Positions 48,901 through 58,980 of a stretch of DNA of 64,000 bases are shown piece by piece (the first letter of the stretch is position 1; every line of letters begins with the position of its first letter). The position numbers were made by a program, and so were the translations under genes. Source of the stretch: a virus (Duplodnaviria > Caudoviricetes); the IMG/VR virus record IMGVR_UViG_3300013426_000001, positions 1 to 64,000 of that record; one strand, 5' to 3'. The notes under the pieces were generated by a model, which did no database searches, was not told the DNA's origin, and worked only from the letters and a program-made list of their open reading frames with translations.

Positions 48901-51900
48901 GGTCGACGTTTGACACGGTAACGAAAAACGCTATCGCAACTGCGTTTGGCGGTACGAGAATGAGAGAAAACTTCCTCGTACTTATGGAGAACTGGAATCG
49001 AGTAAAAGAACTTACCGAAGAATCGGCAAATGCCGCAGGAACAGCTGATGAAAAATACTCGGCGTATTTGGATTCTATCGAGGCTTCGACGAAAAAACTC
49101 CAAAACGCTTGGGAGGACTTTGCACAGTCGATTAAAGGGAGCGGAATTATTAAAGGATTGACGGATGCGTCGACGTGGATTGTTAACTTCGTTAATAAAT
49201 ATGGTCCTTATTTGTTGACCTTCCTTACAACTCTTCAATCTAAGAAGATAATGAATTTCTTGGGTAACAGTGTAACGCAAGGTATTGGTTATGCGAAGGG
49301 GTTTTTTGGCGGCATTGGCACAAAAGGGAAGTTTCATTCGGTTCAGTTTGGCGAAAACGGCATAGAAACCGATGAATTTAGAAATGTCGTAGTTGGTCCA
49401 AGTGGTAAAAAAAGTTTAATTGCGAGATTACTTGACAAAATATTCCAAAGACAAAAAGATACAAGCAATGAGCAGGTCGCCGCAACTAATAAGACTACAA
49501 ACGCGGTTAACGAAACGAAAAATGCCGTAAAAGAAACGCAGGGTAAAACCGTATTGTATGGAGCAGACGGCAAACCGATATCAACGGCTAACTCAACAGC
49601 TGGTCCGAATGTCACGGGGTACCGTGAACGCAATCGGTTTTTTAGCTTTGGCGATCCGAAAGTTATACAACTGACTAATGCCGACGGGACTACTCAAAAT
49701 ATAATGAGGGGGAAAGGGCATAACTGGTATTATACTGACGCAAAAGGTAAAATTACGGAAAATAAGGTTACAGATCAAAAAATTTTATCTCAAGTTGAGC
49801 AAACCAGACAGGCGTCAATCGCTCAAAATATGGGTGCTCGTGCTTCTCAAGCCGCAATTGGAGAACTATCTGCATATATAACCGAGTTGAGTACTCAGCG
49901 TGAAACTGGTGATAAAAGCACGTTCCTTAATAGAATTTTCAGCGAGTTGGCTGGGAATTATACAGACCAAACGGTTGAAGAAACCCACCCCGAAAAAACT
50001 CGAAGATTAACTTGGTCTACTCAATTAGCGGCAATAGGTGGATTTATAGGAGGTTCTACTGGTGCTTCTCTTGGTCAACAATTAGGCGTTGCTATCGCAA
50101 ACGGGATATCTACTAGTGAACGTCTTGGCGAATTGCAAATGAAACAACGCGTTGAGGATGCTAAAGAAAGCCTTAAATTTTTGGAACAAATTGCTTCTTC
50201 AACGAGTCAAATTGAAGGTGTTGTAGAAAGCGGCACATTAGATTCAAAAGGTTATGAACAACTTCAGAATTATATCGATGATCTCACAAAACAATTTGCC
50301 GAATATGACGGTAAAAACTTCAAGGAAATGAGCGATGTATTAGCTGATGCTCTTGGATTAGCCGAAGGTACAACTTACGCCGAATCGTTAAGTAAAATGC
50401 AAGAGAAGCTATTGAGTGGTTCGGTTGAAGAACGTAAAGAAACCGTTAGGGCTCTGAAGCTCGCAACGGCAAAAGCAGAACTCGAAACAACTAGGAAATC
50501 TCAAGAAAAAGATCGCCATGACATTCTTAGTACCGATGTCGTTAAACTGGAAATGTCTACGCTAGACAAAGCTCATTTATATGGCTCTTTAATAGGCGGC
50601 GGTATTCTTGCAGGCGGCGGTGTGGGCGCTGCTGCGGGCAGCGTGGCAGGCGGCGGTGTGGGCGCGATTATTGGCGCTGCTGCGGGTTCCATAACTGGTG
50701 GTATTCTTGGCGGGGTAACCGCTTCGCGTATTCAAGATCTTGTGGAGTCCCAACTCACCAACTATCGCTTTTCAGGTTCCTTAGAGGAAAGACTTGAAAA
50801 AGCTAAAAGTAAGCGAGAAGAAATAAAGCAGTCGGCAGAAACCGTTGACAATAACAGAGCTAAAGAATATCTTCAACAAGGAGTTAATAAGCTCGACGAG
50901 TATATTAACAAAGTTCAGAAAAATATTGCAAAACTTGCATCTATGGATCGAGAGGTGATGGAAAAACAGATAGAAGTGGGATATCTTGCTTCTGATTTGT
51001 CTTCCTTAACCACTGACCAATTATCAGGTTTAACTATTGAAGGTGCTATAGGAAAAGTCGCAGAAGCCATGCGAGATCAAGGTTATGCGGTTTATGACGC
51101 AGCTGGCGCGATCAAAGACGAATATCTCCCGATGATTAAGTCGGCGATTTTGTCTAATTCTGAAATGGCAGTTTTAACAAAAGGCGATACTCAAACCATA
51201 GGCGAATTGGCGAACGCTTATTCGAATTTAGCGGAAAGATTGCAATTCGTCGGGCTGGCTGCACAAGGGATAGATTACGAGAAGTTGAGATATCTTCTTG
51301 ACCATTACGGTGATGACGAAAATGCGACGTTGTTTAACAATGTTGCGGCGGCGTTGAACGTAAGCGTGGATAAACTCAAAGAGCTTGTTTACGCGGCTGA
51401 CCCCGAAAGGATAGAGCAGTTTGCTTCGGCGTGGAACTTAACGGTCGAGCAAGCACGGGCGATGGCGAAAGTCTTTCCTGATTTAACCACGTCGATTGGT
51501 CTTATGTCTGGTGCAGACGTTCGTTCGTATTATTCGGGATTTAGCACGTTCTTTACTGACATTGCAGATAATGGCGAAATTACGGCAGAAAACTTCGAAA
51601 AGATTTTGTCGAATTATCCGCAACTGCTTAAATACTTACGTCAAGGCAACGATGTTTTGGCTGGCGTGCTGGTTGACAAAACCGTTAACGAGCAGAAAGA
51701 AGCGTATATTAACTCGCTTCTGAATGCCGAAATGACGAGCAAAGACTTTGCTGAAGACTTTAAGAAAACACTTAAAGAGGGCGGAGGGCTGGTCGCAGGT
51801 GGACTCACCTATGACGTAGACCAATTACTTGGCGATCAAAGTACGCTTGACGCGATCCTCGAAAAGGCACGTCAAATGGGTGGTGACGTAGGGCAGGCGA

Positions 51901-53348
51901 TTGTTGATGCCGTGACGGATTACATGGACTTTGAACAAGTTATCGAATGGACCGATCCGTTACTTCAAAAGGCAATCGAGGCCCAGCAAAAGCTTCTCGA
52001 TAGGCAAATTGAAAACCTCACCGAGCAAAAAGATGCTTTATCGCAGGTCAACGAAGAGCGCAAAAAAGAGCTCGAGTTGATGAAGGCTCAAGAAGCGCTT
52101 GAAAACGCCAAAAAAGAGCGTGTAAGAGTTTATCGCGCAGGTGTTGGGTTTGTCTACGAGAGTGACGAAACTGCGGTTCAAACGGCTCAAGAAAATTTGA
52201 CTTCGTTGAACACTCAAAAACAGCAAGAAGACTTGCAGGTTCAAATCGATCAACTCGAATTACAAAAGAGTATTTTAAGTAATCTCGAAGAAAATAAACA
52301 ACTTGCGGCGTTAAAAACAAGTTTAGATACTTGGTCTGAAAAGAATTTATCTGGAAATGCGGATATCGTTGCTGCTTTGTCTGCTGGATTTAGGAATAAT
52401 AAAATTTATTACAACGCAGCGAAAGGCACCTATCAGATGAAGGATGAACAAGGCAATTGGATACTGGACGAAGAGGGAAATATCAAAACGGCGAATTCAA
52501 TTGCTGGAATTATGGAATCGAAAGAAAGTTTGGCTCAAGAAGCGATTAATGACGCAGTTGAAGCAAGAACTGCTGTCGAAGAGGCTTATAAAGCGTTAGA
52601 CAATGCGACTGATATCGAAGATTACAGAACAAAATTAGCCAAGTATGAAGAGGCGCATAATAAATATGTTGAAGCTCGTGATAAAGCCATCAATAGTTAT
52701 GGCGCTACTGACGAACAGTTGGGAGGTTATCTTGCGGCTTCGGATACGAAAAAGAATGTAACATATGAAGTTGGTGCCGATTTTATAGATGATATGTTTA
52801 TGAAAATGAGCCTCTGGGATGAAGTATCTTTTAAATCGAAATTCGGTATGTCTAAAGAAAAGTTTATAGATTTGCTTATTGCGGTTAGGGATAAAACCGA
52901 GGGTGAGTGGGTCCTTGGTGATAAAATTTTAGAGATTGCTGGTGACGGTACGATGAGGGTAACCGAGGCTCGGGGGTATGAGCCCAAGAAAAACGCCACA
53001 GGTACAACCTCTTTCCAAGGCGGTCAAACTCTTATCAACGAACTCGGAACCGAAGCGGTTATTACCCCAGGTGGGACCCTCACCGCTCTTCCATCGAAGA
53101 CGGGTATTGTCCCTGCCGACATAACCCGAAACGTTTGGGCGCTCGGCGAAGTCGCTCCGACGCTGGTTGCGCAGCTTAGTTCGCTTAATCAAAAAGCTCT
53201 CACTGGCAACGCTGGAAACACGACTTATGAAGAAGGTCAGTACATCGACAATCTTACCATGAACGTTTATCCGACAAAGGATTACGATATGGATAAGTTG
53301 CTTTCTGAGGCGCGTGCTAAGGCGAAGCTTACAAGACATAACAATTAA
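42960..53348 (+). CDS. Tape measure protein (TP901-type core) with large N-terminal extension containing a PD-(D/E)XK nuclease domain
   Basis: Core LDAAMTNIRIV...WLRQGY...VVDKLTKVD...VGNAMKSILARY; Gly-rich TM segments; C-terminal NATGT...INELGTE; nuclease motifs at aa ~223-420. Confidence 0.9.
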   Translation: MKKTDKIGVEIYLKQYEDMFKQYQELLNKEMGNHKDMLTSIMREQLDDLKDTYKLPMDKIREIEDRILAPKLKEQAEKAAQQAKKDAEDYLKKNQETINKALDVNKDSMKTLLETNNLVVESSKKALEDAKKAKEAIEKQDRQMKRDKARGARALKNQRAKAEKEARMKTEQAKSMYFEAAPSADYEVIDVPGIGHKYKHTKVKTAKLKSGKEVDLSNIRQLSVTKLASLITHNFEDFEALAKENAQRIADFEAQYGKTPLDKDLRKKHSELLALQDEYQSADLNLKRAQKRGTAFHKVVELVEKGQVSLNDLTEKKIEELGKQYDEIGEGFSFKYGETKVRGTTSKDLLKLVKQYDEFKKQTGLSGQTTTETPLGMLVDLGDEVVEVAGTFDSIFNEMSTLIDFKTSGRVDVKKIGIQLNLLKKMALLNPKFMKLKGIKGLDALKVFHLPFKGGEGGVYDVGTADDAMMWQWIKSAFDILAGETTEKPNVPVLMRGKLTLGDWHDKKKKTTGKQWLLNNISLKKLAENYERGTMSYEEIMDNINSLNEEDRRHFINLIWSTKEYEEKKKTQRVYKVVDGKRVPLLDEQGNIRYDESGKLLYEMQDIVSSIPPRETGKLYRQGALWDRLRGDLDSFQKEIEKVATDEYANIADKMTKIQERISKIKISYVEAKEYVPDEQGNLREVTKLVPANEKEKAKENRRDKLIAQREALRAQLAEKASSAFSEQVFKTEQGYGSAQTVGGGFLSEWAKAYRIHAEQDDGLAEKIADRFVSYILNAGLSNFQLDELKGGLAGIAIKDEANQAFVDAIQDRLLGKHSIIAPNLERVQELEDQIKALNQERASLDKGVPNPRIEEIDKLVQRLIAEQDRLKYAQEVGGIFSDEPIGINEMTDDYALEKGKKSAAMRGEAATNRAARMISRLKAFSEYDLSDKSFDDVMNFIKGLTGIRNEFKGFLNALGSSENSEIDEYGVPEYIEKSETILNAWTDFVRNLRNKVKGLENLDNLDEDQVEEAVKGLDIATSTEEDIGGLAKKTGHKLSWLYQLKDIYDEFLSPEMEKVNESLPDKAKFTSVEQYAKSRLTQEQYEQYASSIDFRKMILEGKDLGTVIKQFLDIPEFQLKSNLASTLQKALVKIIEANPKLLDDTIYNIFMTQTDLGGGAKMRWWHDAGAAERLRRGDVVRNWAYKPNEVLTTKPEMIAEAEERAEERVRGDLGNREAVELLEKRAQYARKEYKQRERAIAKEVKEQTGFDLEDYDKRYGFEEYEKAYLDLYKFALKVGRAESHLEEFMKGELGYSEIDGAGTTGTLLTKEAKQEYEELRQGLAIAQSRLPNLEDMSDEGKRLFIERQQLLEEYRVPYERERVYRNVARKRYGSATDESLILKQQEAVLAQIRSLPEQTLSEVTSEIGDAKSVDVDANSITVGEPEKVVNNTETTEIKADTVVVNKSQSATAEAVESTAETKTPKKRRGRPRKKKTDDTTPVTPTTPPTDGGGTEPPTESETTKSDAQKAYNALVAEEFRIKKEIAALDKERWKSTEIERKKDTDYAVQNLDAEKQWREAELERIKDRKAELEGLGAVESKATTASNEEKMTAYLTRLGVGTDGKMSLTPEEQADYWSQYERALDKQARAEEEIFGIRNKAATSYGTEKTLLYQIADEKAKGLATDKENVAMLEAIVGKLDPTRLENIKKQVALNQQLYKLQALKQTRGATSIWDVMANDIRRATMRIADFGIAAKVLNKIPQDIQKVIQYTKELDAAMTNIRIVGGYNEEQARNLMRSYTELGRTLGATTSEIAQGMNDWLRQGYEAEDQLEALVSASTKLSKLGMISASEATTALTAALKSFNLTAEDAIKVVDKLTKVDQLAAVSAGGISTALQKSATSAKLAGMSMDELIGSVSVIGEVTQQSMDTVGNAMKSILARYGNVKAGVFTQMGLNDDGETTDNINDIEKVLSKLGIKVRSSAKEMRSITDVLDDVNSKWSTFDTVTKNAIATAFGGTRMRENFLVLMENWNRVKELTEESANAAGTADEKYSAYLDSIEASTKKLQNAWEDFAQSIKGSGIIKGLTDASTWIVNFVNKYGPYLLTFLTTLQSKKIMNFLGNSVTQGIGYAKGFFGGIGTKGKFHSVQFGENGIETDEFRNVVVGPSGKKSLIARLLDKIFQRQKDTSNEQVAATNKTTNAVNETKNAVKETQGKTVLYGADGKPISTANSTAGPNVTGYRERNRFFSFGDPKVIQLTNADGTTQNIMRGKGHNWYYTDAKGKITENKVTDQKILSQVEQTRQASIAQNMGARASQAAIGELSAYITELSTQRETGDKSTFLNRIFSELAGNYTDQTVEETHPEKTRRLTWSTQLAAIGGFIGGSTGASLGQQLGVAIANGISTSERLGELQMKQRVEDAKESLKFLEQIASSTSQIEGVVESGTLDSKGYEQLQNYIDDLTKQFAEYDGKNFKEMSDVLADALGLAEGTTYAESLSKMQEKLLSGSVEERKETVRALKLATAKAELETTRKSQEKDRHDILSTDVVKLEMSTLDKAHLYGSLIGGGILAGGGVGAAAGSVAGGGVGAIIGAAAGSITGGILGGVTASRIQDLVESQLTNYRFSGSLEERLEKAKSKREEIKQSAETVDNNRAKEYLQQGVNKLDEYINKVQKNIAKLASMDREVMEKQIEVGYLASDLSSLTTDQLSGLTIEGAIGKVAEAMRDQGYAVYDAAGAIKDEYLPMIKSAILSNSEMAVLTKGDTQTIGELANAYSNLAERLQFVGLAAQGIDYEKLRYLLDHYGDDENATLFNNVAAALNVSVDKLKELVYAADPERIEQFASAWNLTVEQARAMAKVFPDLTTSIGLMSGADVRSYYSGFSTFFTDIADNGEITAENFEKILSNYPQLLKYLRQGNDVLAGVLVDKTVNEQKEAYINSLLNAEMTSKDFAEDFKKTLKEGGGLVAGGLTYDVDQLLGDQSTLDAILEKARQMGGDVGQAIVDAVTDYMDFEQVIEWTDPLLQKAIEAQQKLLDRQIENLTEQKDALSQVNEERKKELELMKAQEALENAKKERVRVYRAGVGFVYESDETAVQTAQENLTSLNTQKQQEDLQVQIDQLELQKSILSNLEENKQLAALKTSLDTWSEKNLSGNADIVAALSAGFRNNKIYYNAAKGTYQMKDEQGNWILDEEGNIKTANSIAGIMESKESLAQEAINDAVEARTAVEEAYKALDNATDIEDYRTKLAKYEEAHNKYVEARDKAINSYGATDEQLGGYLAASDTKKNVTYEVGADFIDDMFMKMSLWDEVSFKSKFGMSKEKFIDLLIAVRDKTEGEWVLGDKILEIAGDGTMRVTEARGYEPKKNATGTTSFQGGQTLINELGTEAVITPGGTLTALPSKTGIVPADITRNVWALGEVAPTLVAQLSSLNQKALTGNAGNTTYEEGQYIDNLTMNVYPTKDYDMDKLLSEARAKAKLTRHNN

Positions 53349-53415
53349 GTAAATGTGGGAATAAGGCGGGTTACCCCGCCGATGCCCGCATTAAATACAA
53401 ATAAGGAGAAAATTA

Positions 53416-54324
53416 ATGTTGTATTTAAATTATGCAAAGCAGATGGAAAACGGATTCATTCTCAACTTCTTCGCCGATTCGGACGAAGATCTAAAAGAAG
53501 TTTCAGATGGAAGGGAGTTTGTAACGAAGAATGGCACAAATTATGGAGTTCCGCTGGCATCTTCAACTATTATCGTAACATATCCCGATAAAACCAAAAA
53601 GACATTTGTCTTGATGGAGAATGGTCAATGGAGAGAAGGCTTAACCGCACAAAGCAGCTTACTTGAGAATTTCTATGGTATTCCTTGTCAGTTAACGAAT
53701 TTATTTGCAGAAAACGAAGAGGATGGATATTATCACCTTAATCCTTATGGCAGATTTTTAGAGGACCCTTCTTGGGGAAATTGGTTTTTATCGAGTTATC
53801 CAGCGGAAAAGCGCAAGTTGTTAAAAGAGTTGGGTTTTAGGGTAGCTGAAATCTTGGTGACTCCAGAACTATTTGAAGATACTTGCAGATACAGAGCATT
53901 AAAAGAAGACAAAATGTATATACATACATTTTATGATTTGGCAGAGACACCGATATGGGAAGAAAAAGGCATTTCTGCCGCAACCCTCAAAGAACTTGCA
54001 TCTCGTCGTCAGGAAGAAGGGACCCTTATTAAATGGGACACGATTTCCTATGTTTGCAAAGTAGTAAAAGGCGTAACGACAAGAGGGGTACCCGTGGCCT
54101 GCGTAGTTAACGCCGATTGCACAAATACTTTTGAAGAATTAGCATATCTTACTTTTATGGGGAATTATGTTGATAGCGTTCTTGCCGAAAACTATGATAG
54201 TTTAAAGTTTTTGTATTCGTATTGGATTGAGGGAGATTCCGTTGCCGCCCCAATACTTTCGCTATCTCCGATAATTAAAGACGATCGGGTTAATAGTATA
54301 ATACATCAGGTGACGGAAATATAA
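53416..54324 (+). CDS. Hypothetical virion protein sharing N-domain with 24035
   Basis: YL.YAKQ....ILNFFADS.EDLK.V......T.NGTNYG.PL. Confidence 0.6.
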   Translation: MLYLNYAKQMENGFILNFFADSDEDLKEVSDGREFVTKNGTNYGVPLASSTIIVTYPDKTKKTFVLMENGQWREGLTAQSSLLENFYGIPCQLTNLFAENEEDGYYHLNPYGRFLEDPSWGNWFLSSYPAEKRKLLKELGFRVAEILVTPELFEDTCRYRALKEDKMYIHTFYDLAETPIWEEKGISAATLKELASRRQEEGTLIKWDTISYVCKVVKGVTTRGVPVACVVNADCTNTFEELAYLTFMGNYVDSVLAENYDSLKFLYSYWIEGDSVAAPILSLSPIIKDDRVNSIIHQVTEI

Positions 54325-54470
54325 TAAAAGACCACTTTTATTTAGCGACAAAAAAACGGTTTTTAATGCGTTTCCGTTTCAAAAACGCATTTCCATTAGT
54401 TTGGGTGTGGCGGTTGGGAAGAACTCCCCCCCCCCATAACTCAATTAAAAAAATCAGAGGAGGAAAAATT

Positions 54471-57400
54471 ATGGCGGTTTATAAACCGAGTAACTGCGTC
54501 CCGTTTTTATCTTGTTGGGACTTGACGCAAAACCAATACATCAGTTGCGAAATTAATACTTCAAACGAAACCGTGACTGGCTACAAAATCAAAATATTTG
54601 ACAACGACAACAATACGATTTTTGAAGGAACGGAATTTTCACAAATTCCCGAATCCGTTAACGTCGACACCGCAACGCAAAGTTATGTCGCAAGAAACAC
54701 AGGACTTAACGGTTCAACATTGACGCTTCCGTTGATTGTTACGAAAAGCGAAAACAGAAATGCAAACACAATCTACTACAACAATGGCTCTTGGTATGGC
54801 GGCACGACTACGACGGAAATAAACGACTTTTCCAACAATACAGCAAACCAACCTTATAAATGGCAAATTGTTTTAGCTCAAGGGCAAGCGGTAGTAGGCG
54901 GGGAACTCGTCCAAGAACCCGATGCGAAGTATTACGATATGGTAATCGATGAAGCAAAAATTCTCGGTTCGATTGGAAACCGCATTCAGAGCTGGTTGTC
55001 AGAAAATATATACAAAGATTATTACATTCAACTATACGACGTCGTTGATACGGCGCAAGGGCAGAAAATCTGGAATCAACTCGGTGTGCGAACCCGTATT
55101 TCGAGTTACGACCATTCCTATGGTTTTATATATCCGCAAGAAAATACGCTTTCGCAAGAATTGGTTGACGAAGCGAATTATTTCAAAATTTTCAAAGACA
55201 CAAATGACCCGCAATACGTTTCGACGGCGAGATTGGTAAACTATAGGCTTGAAACCGATATAAACAATGTTGAACTTGGAGGCAACACCCCTTTAGATAC
55301 AGGTAAATTCGGGCCGTCTGGAGCCGTTGATGTGGTAACCAACCCATATTTTACCCAAGTTTACAACGGAGACGTAACCAGCGAGATTACTTACAATGCT
55401 TATTTTGGCCCAGGGGCATCTACCAATCTGCTTGCACAAGGTACTACGTTATTGCTTATGTATCAAGGCGGAAACGGCACAGAACCAACTTACCATCCTT
55501 ACAATGGCGTTTTTGCCTTCCAATCAGCGGTATTTGAAAATGATAAAACCACAATTACTTGGCTACGTCCTGCTAACTTCAATACTTATGCGAACTTCCT
55601 TAATCGATTGATTTGTGTTCAGAATGAATCTAAAAACTACAGCACGAGCGCGACGGCAGAAAACCTCGGCACAATAAATAAAACTGAATTGATGTTTTAT
55701 GATGAAACCGCGATAGGTTTATACCCCGTTTACGAAGGCGAAACGAAAACTCTGAAAGTCGCGGAGGTCACACTTGTCAATTCTGAAATAGGAAAACCGC
55801 AAGATTTTAGCGGTGGTATTATCTCGTCGGTAAAGGTAAAAACTCAACCAGCGGGAGCGACCTTGGTTGCGACTTATCTTGGCAGCAACAAATATATCGT
55901 TAAGATAACGCAGGGTTCGTATTCGGGCGACGTGAAAGTGGATATCACCTATATGCAAGATTATGGCCCAGTATTCAAAAATGAAAAAGGGAAAGCTTAT
56001 ATTCGCCCGTTCATCGGAATTCACGCAGGAGATAAGCTCTTTTATGGCAATAAATTCCAAAATAATGTAACGATAAAAAGTATCGATAATGAGCCTAATT
56101 CGGAGAATAAATATAATCCGACTTGGTATGCAACATACGACGGTAATGAAATTTTCTCAGTTGATGATAAATACTCAATTCGTTCGTTCTTCAAAACAAG
56201 TGATGAAAACCCGTTTTACGCGAAACCAAGCCCAGAGCTTATAATCGATAGTAAACAATGGGAGAGCGAGGGCGACGTTTATAAAACCGAAGAAGGACTC
56301 AAAATCGGCACAAAGCGTTATATAACCGTTAGCGGGACTTTTAACAACCGCAATTGGGTAAATTACCAGTGGTTTTTGACCGATTTGCAAACGGGCTACG
56401 TCCAACAATCCGAGAAAATATATCGCGGATCGACCGAATATACTTTTTACGGGCTTGAAAATGGGCATTATTATCTCATTCAGTGGGTAGTTGAAGATGA
56501 ATACGGTGTTATATGGACAACGCCTGATGACGGGAATATTTTCGCTACCAAAGTAATCATAAATGCGACAGAATTCCCGTTCGACGTAACCTATGAATGC
56601 GAGACTCAGTCGGTTCTTATCAACTTTGTTCGAGACGGTGTGGTAATCCCGAACCCTTCGCGAATTGAAATGCTTTATTATTACGTTTATCCCGTTGATG
56701 AAAACGGGCAACAAATAATTGGGCAGGAACGAGTTCCTTATAAAGTTTATATTGATAAAGAAGAGACGACATACGGGCACTATATGGTTAGCGGCGATTC
56801 AATAGACGGTGAATCGGGAGTAGTACAACAACTTCCTTACACCGTCACTTATGAAGATGGATATATGACTTTAACCGATATTGACGAAGGTAAAGAACTT
56901 CCGCCTGAACAAGCCGCTCTTATGGAATACACGCAAACTAAACTCGGCGAAACTGCAACGGAGCGCGGTTCGATATCGGCTCCAACAACAGAGGATTGTG
57001 TGTTCAATTCGGAACATATTTTGGCGGAGAATTTTTGCGGTAATATAATAACCTATAATGTCGATGTTGATGATGTAAATTATCAAGCCGCTCACATAGA
57101 GTTAACGCTTACCGCCCCGTTGCCTTGGATGCAAACCGAAGACGGAGAATATATCGCCAATGATAAACGTAATGGCATTGTTTTGAGCGTAAAGAAAAAA
57201 ATCGGTAACTTAAACGCCGAAGTGGCTAACGTTCCGCTTAAAGTATATAGAAAGAACGCGGATGGCGAATGGAAAAAAGATAACGAAAACGGAGTATGGC
57301 AACCCGACAATCGGATTGCTTCCGCATTTATAAAAGGAGACACTCCGACAAACCCGACAAAAGTCGATTATCTAATGACGACGCACCCATATGTTGTTGA

Positions 57401-57884
57401 TGAAACACATAACAACACACAAGAGTCTAATTGGTGGAATATTAACGAAGAGGGCGCGTGGAATAGTACGGGTAAAATTTCTCTTCCGTTGTCTCCTGCA
57501 AGTGCTGCTCAAAAGGCAGACTCGCAGTTCAGCATTTGGTCGGATAAAGAATTGAAACAAATTAATCAAACTACGGTCGATGGTAAAAGCAGCGATCCGA
57601 TTAACGTTTATACGGGTGATTATAATTATTGGCACGACAAAGACAGCAATGGTAATTATAATTATTGGCACGACAGAAATGACGCGAGCGCAGAATTATA
57701 TAGGCAGACACTTACAACTAAATATACGGGTAGACAAAATATTAAAAAATACCAAATGACGTTCAGTATAAAATTCGCTAATTACAATAACCCAAATTTG
57801 AATTCTGGTACGGCTATTGCGAGTAATATCGATGCGAGAGTGTTTATACAGGATGCTCCCGAAGAAACACAAGGAGGTAATTAA
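54471..57884 (+). CDS. Large baseplate/tail-tip protein with Ig/FN3-like regions
   Basis: SD GAGGAGG before ATG 54471; beta-rich, YQWFL...YTFYGLENGHYY; follows TMP. Confidence 0.6.
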   Translation: MAVYKPSNCVPFLSCWDLTQNQYISCEINTSNETVTGYKIKIFDNDNNTIFEGTEFSQIPESVNVDTATQSYVARNTGLNGSTLTLPLIVTKSENRNANTIYYNNGSWYGGTTTTEINDFSNNTANQPYKWQIVLAQGQAVVGGELVQEPDAKYYDMVIDEAKILGSIGNRIQSWLSENIYKDYYIQLYDVVDTAQGQKIWNQLGVRTRISSYDHSYGFIYPQENTLSQELVDEANYFKIFKDTNDPQYVSTARLVNYRLETDINNVELGGNTPLDTGKFGPSGAVDVVTNPYFTQVYNGDVTSEITYNAYFGPGASTNLLAQGTTLLLMYQGGNGTEPTYHPYNGVFAFQSAVFENDKTTITWLRPANFNTYANFLNRLICVQNESKNYSTSATAENLGTINKTELMFYDETAIGLYPVYEGETKTLKVAEVTLVNSEIGKPQDFSGGIISSVKVKTQPAGATLVATYLGSNKYIVKITQGSYSGDVKVDITYMQDYGPVFKNEKGKAYIRPFIGIHAGDKLFYGNKFQNNVTIKSIDNEPNSENKYNPTWYATYDGNEIFSVDDKYSIRSFFKTSDENPFYAKPSPELIIDSKQWESEGDVYKTEEGLKIGTKRYITVSGTFNNRNWVNYQWFLTDLQTGYVQQSEKIYRGSTEYTFYGLENGHYYLIQWVVEDEYGVIWTTPDDGNIFATKVIINATEFPFDVTYECETQSVLINFVRDGVVIPNPSRIEMLYYYVYPVDENGQQIIGQERVPYKVYIDKEETTYGHYMVSGDSIDGESGVVQQLPYTVTYEDGYMTLTDIDEGKELPPEQAALMEYTQTKLGETATERGSISAPTTEDCVFNSEHILAENFCGNIITYNVDVDDVNYQAAHIELTLTAPLPWMQTEDGEYIANDKRNGIVLSVKKKIGNLNAEVANVPLKVYRKNADGEWKKDNENGVWQPDNRIASAFIKGDTPTNPTKVDYLMTTHPYVVDETHNNTQESNWWNINEEGAWNSTGKISLPLSPASAAQKADSQFSIWSDKELKQINQTTVDGKSSDPINVYTGDYNYWHDKDSNGNYNYWHDRNDASAELYRQTLTTKYTGRQNIKKYQMTFSIKFANYNNPNLNSGTAIASNIDARVFIQDAPEETQGGN

Positions 57885-57886
57885 AA

Positions 57887-58966
57887 ATGGGAAAATCGAT
57901 GAAAATATATGTTTCGCAGTACAATAAAGAAAATGCCCCGTTTGAAAATTATCTCGGACAACGGGTAAATTTCATAAACGTGCTCAACGTTTCGGACGAG
58001 GTTAAAGCGGACGGGGTTTTATCAGCTTTCGACGATAAACCCACTCCGCCTACAAGGTTACCTTATTCCGTTGACGATGTTGAGGATAAGGCAGCATGTC
58101 TTCTCAACTATCAAACCGAGAAAAGTGCGACGCGTGAATATCAAGCCGAACAAGGCTTTTCACCAATGCGATCTAGTAACGACACATCGGTTTCGTCGGT
58201 GTTTAAGCAAGAAATCACACAGACGGGAACCGATACAGACGGGAACCCGATTTACGAACCGCTTACTCGTCTTATGCCAGTTGACACAGAAATTACAAAT
58301 TTCAAATTCCGTGACTTTAACGTTTCGAACAACAGGACTTATCGTTACACGCTTTATCCTTTCGATAAAATGACCGATGAAGTTTTGACCAAATTGCAAA
58401 AGGCGACAGTCGAGCCAATTATAACGAGTTGGCAAGGTTGGAGCATAACAGAGCTTCATCCCGTCGATAGCACAAATAAGAAATTCACGGCAACACCAGA
58501 CGACGTTTGGGTATTTAATCTCAATGTCGATACGGGCGAGCAATCGCAAAATATTTCTCGACAAGAGCAGCAAACCCTTGGACAATTCAATCGTTATTCA
58601 CAAGGCCGAATGAATTACGTCGCGGGCTCGGTTTCGTGCCTTCTCGGAAGTGAAGTTTTCCCCGCGAGTTATATTCTCAAAAACGGCAAAACCGTCAACG
58701 AGGGCGGTTATCAAGAAATTCGTAAAAACGATAAAATGCCAAGTTCGAATCAGCGCGTTGATATGCTTTTAGCATGGCGCAAAGTTGTTATGTCTTCGAA
58801 TCCGAAATTACTCAAAGACCGTGAAGGCCAATCTTTTCTCGTTACTCTTTCGAGCGCGACTAATAAACCAATGGACGCGGTTTATAGACAACCTAACACA
58901 ATCAGTTTCACATGGACGCAAATTGGCAACGCCGAAGACGTCCAAATAGTAGATATTAACGCATAA
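57887..58966 (+). CDS. Tail/baseplate protein (distal-tail-like C-domain)
   Basis: DFNVSNNRTYRY.LYP; TLGQFN..SQG.MNY..G; KLLKDREG; ISFTWTQIG. Confidence 0.6.
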   Translation: MGKSMKIYVSQYNKENAPFENYLGQRVNFINVLNVSDEVKADGVLSAFDDKPTPPTRLPYSVDDVEDKAACLLNYQTEKSATREYQAEQGFSPMRSSNDTSVSSVFKQEITQTGTDTDGNPIYEPLTRLMPVDTEITNFKFRDFNVSNNRTYRYTLYPFDKMTDEVLTKLQKATVEPIITSWQGWSITELHPVDSTNKKFTATPDDVWVFNLNVDTGEQSQNISRQEQQTLGQFNRYSQGRMNYVAGSVSCLLGSEVFPASYILKNGKTVNEGGYQEIRKNDKMPSSNQRVDMLLAWRKVVMSSNPKLLKDREGQSFLVTLSSATNKPMDAVYRQPNTISFTWTQIGNAEDVQIVDINA

Positions 58967-58980
58967 GGAGGCGGAGTAAA

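Noticed and set aside
50590-50720. Short GC-rich repeat GCAGGCGGCGGTGTGGGCGC in the TMP
   Set aside because: Explained by the glycine-zipper membrane segment typical of tape measure proteins
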